The notes beneath the pieces were generated by a model. It was not told the origin of the DNA, made no database searches, and was given only the letters and a program-made list of their open reading frames with translations. From Methanolobus sp. (lineage in GTDB: Archaea > Halobacteriota > Methanosarcinia > Methanosarcinales > Methanosarcinaceae): a DNA stretch of 64,000 bases. The position numbers and the translations under genes are program-made. The DNA is taken from positions 4,958 through 68,957 of the forward strand of contig JASKKT010000002.1 in NCBI GenBank assembly GCA_030154025.1. The letters run 5' to 3'. Positions 8,487-17,261 of the stretch are shown piece by piece (positions within the stretch are counted from its first letter, which is position 1; the number at the start of each line of letters is the position of its first letter).

Positions 8487-10484
8487 TTATGCTTTAATAT
8501 CGGACTCACCCGGGGGAAGCATCATGGCAATCCTGTCAGGCGAAGCGATCTGCTTGACGAAGTTGACTTCCTTGAGCCGGTCAACATATACCTTGTATAT
8601 CTTTTTCGCTATATCGTTCTGATTGAACTTCCCGGGAGTCAGCTCTATGACATGCTGCCCATGCTGCCTTACTGCTGACACCGGGCCGCCTATGACACGT
8701 GTCTCCGCTCCAAGCTCCAGGGCAACAGCCGCTCCCACGGGGACATCACGGAAATAGTTGCGTTCGCCACGGATGATGAAAGCACCCTTTTTCACATACT
8801 CGCCTGATTCGGGGGTCTTTGAGACCTGCTCGGGCAGGACCCAGTAGCAATCCCCGCTGAACTGGCCGGACTTCCACACGCTGGAATAGGATACAACGAA
8901 CTGTGCGGCCTCCACCAGGGTCTGTTCGGTCACATGCTTGCCCTGCGCTTTTACTATGGTCATGGGTGCGCCGGGGTCCTGGGTATGGAAGACGATATCG
9001 CTCTTGTCCATGTACTTCTTTACAAGCTCCTCGTTGGTTTCCGCATCCCTTCCGCCCACTACAAGGAAGCCCTCGGAAGAATAGAACCACCTGAAGCGGT
9101 CGTACCAGTGCTTTTTCATGTGGGCCCTGCGCCTGCCGTCGGAGACTGCCTTCTTTTCCCTCTTCTGCATGGCTGCCCTGGTATCTTCAATAGCCTTCAA
9201 TGCACCTTCCTTCTTCCTGGTCAGCTTTTTGGCCTTCTCATAGTATAGCTGGGCATTCTGCGGGATCGTCAGCTTCAGGTCAATAGTGGCCTTCGTGCCG
9301 TCAAGGTCAAGCACCATCTTACCTGTGGCCGGGTCAATGCCCGAGATGGTCTTTGCCGCAGGGACAGTGTCCTTTGCCTTCTTGAGAATAGACCTTATCT
9401 CGTCCCATGAGTAACCCTTCTGCCGGGCGCTCTCGAGGACACCGGTGACAGTTTCTATAGCCTGGTAATGGGCATATATCTTCTCGGCCACCTCCACCTG
9501 CTTCTCAGCGTCCCTGCCGAAGTTCTCTATGGCTTCCTCCTGCTTTTTCAGCCGCCTTTCAAAAACATCCACCTTTTCCTTCTTTACAGCCTCAACTACC
9601 TGAGTGACTCCCTCAGCAGACCTCTTGCCGAAAATGGCATCAAGGGCTTTGTTAAAAGATGGGAAGGCTTCTTTCTCAAGACCTGCATGTGATCTGAGTT
9701 CAAACGGGGATACATCGACCGGCCTGACCTCTCCCTTTATTTCCTTTTTAACTATATACGGACTGAGTTCCCCTTTGATGAGCGGGGAGAACAGTTCCCG
9801 CATAGAGCCTGCAATGCGTGTAACGCCTTCACTGCCCACGTCCTTTGCAGGAGTATTCTTATCGATCCCGGCCCTGAGGCATACCTCTTCTGCCAGAGTG
9901 CCCCCCAGGTTGAACCTGGTGGCTATGGTGCGTACCACATCAGAATCCGAGGACGAGAACACGGACTCCAGGTCCTTCTCACCCGCATCCACCGGGCTTA
10001 GCTGGGCCTCAGGATATTGGTAGACTTCCCCGCTTCTGATCCTCCTGCCCCTGAAAGTCACGGGCCTCATGGGAAGGATGATCTTGCGTTCCGAATCCAG
10101 CAGGACTATGTTTCCAGGAGAGAAGAGCTCTGCAACGAGTATTGTCTCAACGCCGCCGCGGACCATGCCGATCTCAATGATCCTGTCAAAGTCATACTGC
10201 CTCACATAGGTGATGCGGCCTGCCATCACGTGTTTTCTCAGAAGCATGGGGAAAGATTGCGGTATCTTGGGGCTCTCAAGTATGTGCTCGCTCATATGGG
10301 CGCGTTTGCCTGCCTCGATGACAAGATTATCCTTGCCTTTGTTATAAACGAAAAGATTGATACGCAGTTCATCAGCCGCAGGCTGGTATATCTTGCCTAT
10401 CTTTGAATCGATGATGGAGTTCTCTCCTGAACTCAGTTCAAACACCAGAGCAGCAACATCTGCACTTGTCATTTCCTGCTTCAT
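8487..10484 (-). CDS. NFACT-family protein (archaeal Rqc2/RqcH homologue; FbpA-like)
   Basis: 665 aa with an NFACT-N block at the N-terminus, a long coiled-coil middle and an NFACT-R/DUF814-like region (WFYSSEGFLVVGGRDAETNEELVKKY...DIVFHT). Confidence 0.85.
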   Translation of the reverse strand: MKQEMTSADVAALVFELSSGENSIIDSKIGKIYQPAADELRINLFVYNKGKDNLVIEAGKRAHMSEHILESPKIPQSFPMLLRKHVMAGRITYVRQYDFDRIIEIGMVRGGVETILVAELFSPGNIVLLDSERKIILPMRPVTFRGRRIRSGEVYQYPEAQLSPVDAGEKDLESVFSSSDSDVVRTIATRFNLGGTLAEEVCLRAGIDKNTPAKDVGSEGVTRIAGSMRELFSPLIKGELSPYIVKKEIKGEVRPVDVSPFELRSHAGLEKEAFPSFNKALDAIFGKRSAEGVTQVVEAVKKEKVDVFERRLKKQEEAIENFGRDAEKQVEVAEKIYAHYQAIETVTGVLESARQKGYSWDEIRSILKKAKDTVPAAKTISGIDPATGKMVLDLDGTKATIDLKLTIPQNAQLYYEKAKKLTRKKEGALKAIEDTRAAMQKREKKAVSDGRRRAHMKKHWYDRFRWFYSSEGFLVVGGRDAETNEELVKKYMDKSDIVFHTQDPGAPMTIVKAQGKHVTEQTLVEAAQFVVSYSSVWKSGQFSGDCYWVLPEQVSKTPESGEYVKKGAFIIRGERNYFRDVPVGAAVALELGAETRVIGGPVSAVRQHGQHVIELTPGKFNQNDIAKKIYKVYVDRLKEVNFVKQIASPDRIAMMLPPGESDIKA

Positions 10485-10583
10485 GCGGGGACTATAATGT
10501 GAATGAAGACTATAAGTTTTATGACGGATTAAGTCAATTAGGACTACTGCAAAATTTCATACTTCCGGAGAAAACTGTACATT

Positions 10584-11759
10584 ATGGATGATAAAACACG
10601 GGCTTTCATTGTATCGAAATTCCAGGAATACTACTCCCAGGCACAACTCACACTGCCGCCTGAGTTCACTTCAAGGGAATGGGGATTCATCGAGTTCGGA
10701 AGTGCAGACGACGTTTTCATGAAAAGGCACAGGGACTTCGGGTCGGAGGGAGAATTGTACGATTACCTCCGGGGAATGGCGCCTGCCCATGCATACTACT
10801 CCGTGGCCTACTATGAGTATCCGGGCGCGCCGAAGATGAAGGAGAAGAACTGGCTTAAGGCAGACCTGATATTCGACATAGACTCGGACCACCTTCCCGG
10901 CAAGATAAATTCCTACGGCGACATGCTGGAGAAGGGAAAAAAGGAGACCCTCAAGCTGCTGGACTTCCTCGTCAATGATTTCGGTTTCGATGAGAGCGCG
11001 GTACACGCAGTATTCTCGGGAGGTAGAGGATATCATTTTCATATCAGCGATCCTTCGGTGCTGTCGCTGGAGAGCCCGGAAAGACGTGAGATCGTTGATT
11101 ACGTCAGCTCCAAGGGACTTGACCTTGAGCGCATATTCACTACAAGGGAAATAGCAGGGGATGCCGGGACCGAGTCTGCTAAAATGGCGATGTTCGTCTC
11201 GGAGGACGACGGCGGCTGGGGCAGCAGGATCAACAGGTACCTTATATCATACCTCTCCTCCCTGGTAAAGAGCGAGCATGCCATGGAGATACTCACAGGG
11301 TTCAAGGGCATAGGGGAGAAATCAGCTGCAAACCTGATTGAAGCATTCAAAGATGATGCCAAGGTCGCAGCGCTGAAAAAGGGCAACATGGACTCTCTCA
11401 GGGGAATTAAGAAAAATGTCCTCGAGACAATTGTAAAACATGGCATAAACCAGATGGCTGCATGTGTCGACGAGCCGGTCACCGCAGATATAAAGCGCCT
11501 CATACGCCTTCCGGGATCCCTGCATGGGAAATCCGGAATGAAGGTCACCGCCCTCAGGATAGACGAGCTTGAAAGTTTCGAGCCCCTGAACGATGCGGTA
11601 GTGTTCGGGGACAAATCGGTAAAGATAAAAGCAATCAAGCCTTTTGCTGTGCAGATGAAAGGAAAGGATCTCATGGTCGAGGAAGGCGTGCAGGAAGTGC
11701 CGGAGTATGCTGCCGTGTACCTGATATGCAGAGGTGTGGCTGAATATGGATCGCACTGA
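10584..11759 (+). CDS. priS: DNA primase small (catalytic) subunit PriS
   Basis: 391 aa with the AEP primase motifs DLIFDIDSDH and SGGRGYHFH. Confidence 0.9.
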   Translation: MDDKTRAFIVSKFQEYYSQAQLTLPPEFTSREWGFIEFGSADDVFMKRHRDFGSEGELYDYLRGMAPAHAYYSVAYYEYPGAPKMKEKNWLKADLIFDIDSDHLPGKINSYGDMLEKGKKETLKLLDFLVNDFGFDESAVHAVFSGGRGYHFHISDPSVLSLESPERREIVDYVSSKGLDLERIFTTREIAGDAGTESAKMAMFVSEDDGGWGSRINRYLISYLSSLVKSEHAMEILTGFKGIGEKSAANLIEAFKDDAKVAALKKGNMDSLRGIKKNVLETIVKHGINQMAACVDEPVTADIKRLIRLPGSLHGKSGMKVTALRIDELESFEPLNDAVVFGDKSVKIKAIKPFAVQMKGKDLMVEEGVQEVPEYAAVYLICRGVAEYGSH

Positions 11760-12489
11760 GCTTACCGACACACTGAGAGAAGAAAGGAGTTCCTCCCTCA
11801 AGTCCATGAACGCGGACTTCTACCAGAAGGTGGAGGAATACATTAAAGAGCTGGAGGAAGAGATCTCCCGGCTGAAGAACCCGCGCTCAGTAGAAGCAAA
11901 GATACTGGAGGACGAGCTCCAGAACGCTATCACCTCCGTGGAACTCATTTTCATGCGCCGCATAAAGAAGATAATCGGCAGCGCCACAACCAATGCATTT
12001 TCCAGCAAGTCCACCATACAGGATATGGGAAAACTGCTTCCCCAGGAAAGGGAGGTCTATGAGGCTGTGCTCTCAGCTATTAACACGGCACGCAGGCAGA
12101 TGCTTGAGCCTGTGATCAATCCCCACATATCCCCGGCAGAGGAGAAGGGAAAAGGACATATCCCATCAGGGAGTATGCTATCCGGGGAGAACAGGGTAGC
12201 ACATACTTCTGCAGATGCAGGTACGAGAACGGAAGACCTTACCGGGAAAAGCGGCACTACTGCGGACACTGCTCCCGAGCTTCAGGAAAAGGATGAAAGA
12301 GAACAAATAGCCAAAAGTAATATAAATAAGGAATTCGTTGTTGTGCGAATACTGGAAAACGTGCCTACTTTCAAGGCTATGGACAATCGCAATTATACAT
12401 TGTGTGCGGAAGACGTTGTTGTTCTGCCGGCCCTTAATGCTAAGGTGCTTGTAAAACGCAACGTGGCACAGATGATCACAGATAATTGA
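11746..12489 (+). CDS. GINS complex subunit (Gins51/Gins15-type) with a long internal linker
   Basis: Overlaps the priS stop. The N-terminal helical A-domain (ADFYQKVEEYIKELEEE...) and the C-terminal B-domain (FVVVRILENVPTFKAMDNRNYTL..EDVVVLP) are typical. priS-gins adjacency is known in archaea. Confidence 0.7.
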   Translation: MDRTELTDTLREERSSSLKSMNADFYQKVEEYIKELEEEISRLKNPRSVEAKILEDELQNAITSVELIFMRRIKKIIGSATTNAFSSKSTIQDMGKLLPQEREVYEAVLSAINTARRQMLEPVINPHISPAEEKGKGHIPSGSMLSGENRVAHTSADAGTRTEDLTGKSGTTADTAPELQEKDEREQIAKSNINKEFVVVRILENVPTFKAMDNRNYTLCAEDVVVLPALNAKVLVKRNVAQMITDN

Positions 12490-12514
12490 CTCAGACTTAT
12501 TCAAGGTGTAGATA

Positions 12515-12793
12515 ATGAAGATCCCGAAGAGATTCAAAACATATTGCCCTTCATGCAAGAAACACACTGAAATAGTTGTGGAAAGAGTGAAGAAGGGAAA
12601 AGCATCGTCTTTGACACACATTGCAAGGCAGAAGAAGAGACAGACCGGAATAGGTAACACCGGTAAGTTCTCAAAGGTCCCCGGAGGAGACAAACCCACC
12701 AAGAGGATCTGGCTCAAGTACAAGTGCACTGAGTGCAACAAAGCACACCAGAGGCCAGCTTTCAGAGCAAAGAAATTCGAATTCGCGGAGTGA
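12515..12793 (+). CDS. rpl44e: 50S ribosomal protein L44e (eL42)
   Basis: 92 aa. Zinc-ribbon CPSC...CTEC and the family sequence [18 protein letters not shown]. Confidence 0.95.
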   Translation: MKIPKRFKTYCPSCKKHTEIVVERVKKGKASSLTHIARQKKRQTGIGNTGKFSKVPGGDKPTKRIWLKYKCTECNKAHQRPAFRAKKFEFAE

Positions 12794-12798
12794 TCTAA

Positions 12799-12978
<180 letters not shown>

Positions 12979-12989
12979 AGGGGTCCATA

Positions 12990-13787
12990 ATGGAAAAGAA
13001 CAATTGGCCAGAGATCGGGGAATTTGTTGTCTGTACCGTAAAGGATGTCACGGACTTCGGTGCATACACGACACTGGAAGAGTATGATGGGAAGGAAGGT
13101 TTTATCCACATCTCCGAGATCAAGGCCGGATGGGTCAAGTACGTCAGGGACCACGTGAGAGAAGGACAGAAGATAGTCTGTAAAGTACTCAATGTGGATC
13201 CTTCCCGCCGTCACATTGACCTTTCCCTCAAGGATGTCAATGAGCACCAGAAGCGTGCAAAGATCCAGGAATGGAAGAGCGAGCAGAAAGCTACCAAATG
13301 GCTCCAGTTCGTGGCAGAGGAAACAGGCACCAATGAGGAAGAGATGCAGAAGGTTGCCCAGAAGCTGGCAGAGCACTTCGGCAGCCTGTACTCGGCCTTT
13401 GAAGAAGCCGCGATGATCGGTGCCAACGCTTTCAACGATGTCAAGCTGAAGAAGAAACTGACAGCCAGCATAGTCCAGATCGCACAGAACAACATCAAGC
13501 TGCCTTACGTGGATATCGCAGGCTATGTCGACCTGACCTGCATCCTGCCTGAGGGGATAGAGGTCATAAAATCAGCCCTGATAGCAGCCAATGACATTCA
13601 GGAAGAGAATGTAAGAGTGGACATCACTTACACAGGTGCGCCCAGGTACCGCATAAAAGTGATAGCACCGGACTATAAGAAAGCTGAATCAGTGCTTAAG
13701 AAAGCTGCTACCACAGCTGTCACTACTATCGAGCAGCTTGGCGGGAAGGGAGAGTTCCACCGGCACAACGATACAGTAAAGGCGTGA
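12990..13787 (+). CDS. eif2a: Translation initiation factor 2 subunit alpha (aIF2-alpha)
   Basis: 265 aa with an N-terminal S1 domain (GEFVVCTVKDVTDFGAYTTLEEYDGKEGFIHISEI) and the conserved order after S27e. Confidence 0.95.
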   Translation: MEKNNWPEIGEFVVCTVKDVTDFGAYTTLEEYDGKEGFIHISEIKAGWVKYVRDHVREGQKIVCKVLNVDPSRRHIDLSLKDVNEHQKRAKIQEWKSEQKATKWLQFVAEETGTNEEEMQKVAQKLAEHFGSLYSAFEEAAMIGANAFNDVKLKKKLTASIVQIAQNNIKLPYVDIAGYVDLTCILPEGIEVIKSALIAANDIQEENVRVDITYTGAPRYRIKVIAPDYKKAESVLKKAATTAVTTIEQLGGKGEFHRHNDTVKA

Positions 13788-13794
13788 TGTTCTT

Positions 13795-13965
13795 TTGGGA
13801 CTGAAGATCCACAGATGTCAGAACTGCAGCAGGTACACTTTCGAAGAGAAGTGCCCCTCATGCGGATCACTTGCCGTGGACCCCAGTCCTGCCAGATATT
13901 CCCCTAAGGACCCGTATGGTAAATATCGCCGCTTGGCAAGGAAGGAGGAACTATGCAGGAGATAA
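13795..13965 (+). CDS. nop10: H/ACA RNP protein Nop10, 56 aa, TTG start; absent from the ORF track
   Basis: My translation is (M)GLKIHRCQNCSRYTFEEKCPSCGSLAVDPSPARYSPKDPYGKYRRLARKEE... It has a Nop10 zinc ribbon plus the PARYSP.D.Y..YRR block. No ATG or GTG lies in frame after the upstream stop at 13777. Confidence 0.8.
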   Translation: MGLKIHRCQNCSRYTFEEKCPSCGSLAVDPSPARYSPKDPYGKYRRLARKEELCRR

Positions 13966-14732
13966 AAGTAATTCGGCTTAAGGATGAACTTCAGCTACGC
14001 GAACCGGTATTCCTTGTGGGTCTTCCTGGTGTGGGGCATGTAGGAAAACTTGTTGCGGAACACCTTATCGAAGAGCTTGATGCCGAGAAGGTCATCGAGA
14101 TATACTCACATCATTTTCCTCCGCAGGTACTCGTTGATGAGAACAGCGAGATCCATATGGTCAACAACGAGATGTATGTCTGCAGTACTGACGAATGCGA
14201 TATTCTCATCCTTGTAGGGGACCACCAGAGCAGTACTGCTGAAGGGCACTACCAGCTTTGCGACCTCTATCTTGACATCGCAGAAGAGTTCGGGATCAAA
14301 AAGATATATACGCTCGGGGGATTCCCTACAGGGCAGCTCACATATTCCGACGAGGTCCTGGGAGCCGTCAACAAACCGGAACTTAAGGAAGAGCTCTTGA
14401 ATGCAGGAGTCGTTTTCAGGGAGAACGAGCCCGGAGGAGGGATCGTAGGCGCTTCAGGCCTTATACTGGGATTGAGCAAGTTCAGGAAAATGGACGCTGC
14501 ATGCCTCATGGGACTTACTTCCGGATACCTTGTGGACCCCAAGAGCGCGCAATCACTGCTAAAGGTCATATCCAGGCTGTTCTCTATCGAGATCGATGAA
14601 GGTCCCCTCGAAGAGCGTGCAAAGGAAATGGAAAAGATCGTTGCCCGGCTCAAAGAGGTCGAACAGCAGCAACAGCAGATGGCTATGCCGGAAGCGAACA
14701 TCAAGGACGAGGACCTGCGATACATCGGCTGA
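13953..14732 (+). CDS. PAC2-family proteasome assembly chaperone-like protein (COG1938)
   Basis: 259 aa with N-terminal LVGLPGVGHVGKLVAEHLI. It holds the conserved archaeal position after nop10 and overlaps nop10 by 13 nt. Confidence 0.8.
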   Translation: MQEIKVIRLKDELQLREPVFLVGLPGVGHVGKLVAEHLIEELDAEKVIEIYSHHFPPQVLVDENSEIHMVNNEMYVCSTDECDILILVGDHQSSTAEGHYQLCDLYLDIAEEFGIKKIYTLGGFPTGQLTYSDEVLGAVNKPELKEELLNAGVVFRENEPGGGIVGASGLILGLSKFRKMDAACLMGLTSGYLVDPKSAQSLLKVISRLFSIEIDEGPLEERAKEMEKIVARLKEVEQQQQQMAMPEANIKDEDLRYIG

Positions 14733-14741
14733 AGGTGTCTG

Positions 14742-15980
14742 ATGATAATCAACGCAGACCTCCACCTGCACTCAAAATATTCAATGGCCTGTTCGGGGAG
14801 AATGGACCTTCCCACCATCGCACAGGAAGCTGCAAAAAAAGGCATAGACCTGGTCGCAACCGGAGACTGTATACATCCCCTGTGGATGAAAGAGATCAGG
14901 AAAGCCTCCCTTGACGACGAGAACATATCCATCGGGAGGACTTCTTTTACACTTACCACTGAAATAGAGGATGCTAATCGCGTGCATCATCTTCTGATAC
15001 TGCCGTCCCTGTCGAAGGCAGAAGAGCTCGCAGAAACAATATCCCGCTATGGCAACCTGGAATCCGACGGACGCCCTACCGTGCGCCTTGACGGAGTGCA
15101 GATCGCCGAGATAGCAAGGGATGCTGGCGCCCTGATAGGTCCGTGTCATGCTTTTACTCCCTGGACTGCAATGTATGCCTACCATGATTCTCTTAAGAGC
15201 TGCTACGGCGACCTGACTGATTATGTTTCCTTCCTCGAGCTGGGCCTGAGTGCGGATAGCGATTATGCCGATCGCATAAGTGAACTGCACAGGCTGACCT
15301 TCCTTTCCAACTCCGATGCACATTCCCCGGTTTCCAATAAGCTCGCAAGGGAATTCAACAGGATGGAAGTGCCCGATATGTCCTTTGAGGGGCTGAAGAA
15401 AGCAATCCTCAGGGAGAACAACTATCGTGTGATCCTGAACGTCGGGTTCTATCCCCAGGAAGGAAAGTACAACGAATCCGCCTGCTTCACATGCTTCACC
15501 CACTACTCACTGGAAGAGAGCGTGTCAATAAAATGGAAATGCAGCGTCTGCGGAGGCCGCATCAAGAAGGGTGTATATGACAGGGTAAACGAGCTTGCAG
15601 ACCTGCCGGAGCCTATCCATCCTGAACACAGGCCTCCCTATGTACACCTGATGCCCCTGTCAGAGATCATCATGATGGCCCTGGGGCATGCAAGCATCAA
15701 TACCAAGGGAGTACAGGATGCCTGGAACGCGCTCCTTGACAGGTTCACAGATGAACTGCAGGTGCTCCTGCATGTCCCTGCCGAAAGCATGGACTTCGTG
15801 GACAGGAAGATAGTTGACGCGATCCTTGCCTTCAGGGAAGAGAGAGTGATCCTCCACCCCGGAGGGGGCGGGCAGTATGGCCGCATAGAACTCCCCACTT
15901 ACACGGAGGCGGGCAGATCGGGAAAAGGGGAGAAGGGCAGGGACGATAAAAAAAGCCAAAGCTCACTGTTTGATTTCTGA
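14742..15980 (+). CDS. Endonuclease Q (PHP-domain deaminated-base endonuclease) with a C-terminal PIP-like tail
   Basis: 412 aa. PHP motif ADLHLHSKYS, Zn-finger CSVCGGRIKKG preceded by CFTCF, and a C-terminus of KKSQSSLFDF. Confidence 0.8.
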   Translation: MIINADLHLHSKYSMACSGRMDLPTIAQEAAKKGIDLVATGDCIHPLWMKEIRKASLDDENISIGRTSFTLTTEIEDANRVHHLLILPSLSKAEELAETISRYGNLESDGRPTVRLDGVQIAEIARDAGALIGPCHAFTPWTAMYAYHDSLKSCYGDLTDYVSFLELGLSADSDYADRISELHRLTFLSNSDAHSPVSNKLAREFNRMEVPDMSFEGLKKAILRENNYRVILNVGFYPQEGKYNESACFTCFTHYSLEESVSIKWKCSVCGGRIKKGVYDRVNELADLPEPIHPEHRPPYVHLMPLSEIIMMALGHASINTKGVQDAWNALLDRFTDELQVLLHVPAESMDFVDRKIVDAILAFREERVILHPGGGGQYGRIELPTYTEAGRSGKGEKGRDDKKSQSSLFDF

Positions 15981-16001
15981 TCCGGGTATAATCTCGATAC
16001 C

Positions 16002-16010
16002 TATATAATA
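16002..16010 (+). promoter_or_regulatory. TATA box for the tRNA-Ser gene
   Basis: TATATAATA is centred about 28 nt upstream of the first tRNA nucleotide (16035), the canonical archaeal TATA-to-TSS distance. Confidence 0.5.
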
Positions 16011-16034
16011 CATAAAAACCTTGGAACACTGCGT

Positions 16035-16150
16035 GCCGAGGTGGCAGAGCGGACTAATCCGAAGGCTTGACGGCCCAGGAGTCCAAACGCGACCGGCTCG
16101 AGACCGGTTTCTCCGGGAGGAGTGCTTGGGTTCAAATCCCAACCTCGGCG
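16035..16150 (+). tRNA. tRNA-Ser (anticodon CGA), class II, 116 nt, with a roughly 30-nt intron-like insertion in the D-arm region
   Basis: 7-bp acceptor GCCGAGG/CCTCGGC with discriminator G. T-arm TTGGG-TTCAAAT-CCCAA. Uninterrupted anticodon arm ACCGG-CTCGAGA-CCGGT (U33, CGA, purine 37). Long variable arm CTCC-GGGA-GGAG. There are 50 nt between the acceptor and the anticodon stem, against about 20 expected. Confidence 0.75.
16058..16086 (+). other. Putative non-canonical tRNA intron (approximate boundaries)
   Basis: A bulge-helix-bulge-like fold: helix GGACT (16051-16055) / AGTCC (16080-16084), flanked by a 3-nt bulge AAT on the 5' strand and AAA on the 3' strand, with an inner helix CC..GGC/GCC..GG. 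Removal gives an 86-nt tRNA. Confidence 0.4.
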
Positions 16151-16185
16151 TTACTGATTCCTGCCCCTGTGTGGCTAAAATTATC

Positions 16186-16971
16186 CTATATTGCACTGAC
16201 CCTGACAGACTGCTGACGGTAGTGTTCAAAAAGCTCCTTACCCCATTCCACCGCATCAGGGCTGCAGCAGACCAAGTGTTTGTGGTCGTACGTACCCTTG
16301 TCAGTGAGCAGTTTCATTTCAATACATGCATCGTTGACTTTGAATGAAAGGAAAGGCATACCCTCGGAACAGACATAAAGTTCAACTTTCCTGTTTTCCA
16401 AAAGCTTCTGCATATGTCCGTGCTGATCTCTTCTAACTTTATCAAAAAGACAGTTGTCAAAAATCAGGGACAGATTGATCCTTCTTTCCAGAATCTCAGA
16501 GAACAGTTCCGGAAAAGCAGGATGCAGGCAGGCAGCTGCCACACTGACAGAGCCTGATGACTTGGACATCTCATGAACTTCCCTGTTATAATCATATATA
16601 TCCGGGAAGTTTGGTTTGATGATAGTGCAGGAATTCAACTTATGAAGCTGTTTAAGCAGAGGAGGAGGTATGAAGTCCAGATTACGACTTCTCCAGAATC
16701 CCTCAGCAGCATTCATCGTAGCTTCAATGCACAAGAGAGGTTTGAGTTTCTCGACAACCAGCTCCCCTATTCTAGTAAGTGAATAAATGCCATTTCTCCC
16801 GGTAATAAGATAACGTTCTTCCAATGGACCTGTTATGGAAGACAGTTCGTTTATACTCACTTCAAGAGATGATGCAAGTCCGCCAAAGTCTTTTGGACCT
16901 TCGTTCAAAATTAAAAGTGCATGCCTTATCTGTTCCGATGCTATTAGTTCTTGAATTGATGTCTTTTCCAT
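16186..16971 (-). CDS. wHTH transcriptional regulator with a C-terminal DUF1724 domain (Msr/FilR1-type, methanogen-specific)
   Basis: 261 aa with an N-terminal ArsR-like wHTH (HALLILNEGPKDFGGLASSLEVS) and the roughly 170-aa C-terminal domain typical of Methanosarcinales Msr regulators. Confidence 0.75.
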   Translation of the reverse strand: MEKTSIQELIASEQIRHALLILNEGPKDFGGLASSLEVSINELSSITGPLEERYLITGRNGIYSLTRIGELVVEKLKPLLCIEATMNAAEGFWRSRNLDFIPPPLLKQLHKLNSCTIIKPNFPDIYDYNREVHEMSKSSGSVSVAAACLHPAFPELFSEILERRINLSLIFDNCLFDKVRRDQHGHMQKLLENRKVELYVCSEGMPFLSFKVNDACIEMKLLTDKGTYDHKHLVCCSPDAVEWGKELFEHYRQQSVRVSAI

Positions 16972-17261
16972 TCAAGTATGCCCCACTGTATATCAAGTTG
17001 CTTTTCTCAAACATGGTACCGAAGAACCTCCCTCTCTGCCAGATGCTTAAAGAAGTGCTCCAATCCTCCTCAGAAATAAAAGTTGTTGTGTTATTTAAAG
17101 GTTGGTAAGCTACTATTAGTTTAATGATATAAATCATAATTTAAATCAGGCAGTGTGTTTAAAAAAGTAGCTTATAGGTGCCACATATATCAGAATTGGG
17201 CACGCCTGCAGGATTACCTAAATGTATCTGTATATCAAAGTACTTCAGCAGGTAAGAGGGA

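Noticed and set aside
16035-16150. A canonical anticodon-loop (37/38) intron, or tRNA-Leu identity, for the long tRNA
   Set aside because: The only 5-bp stem with a 7-nt loop carrying U33 and purine 37 is uninterrupted and reads CGA. The excess nucleotides all lie 5' of it. A discriminator G and a long variable arm fit Ser.
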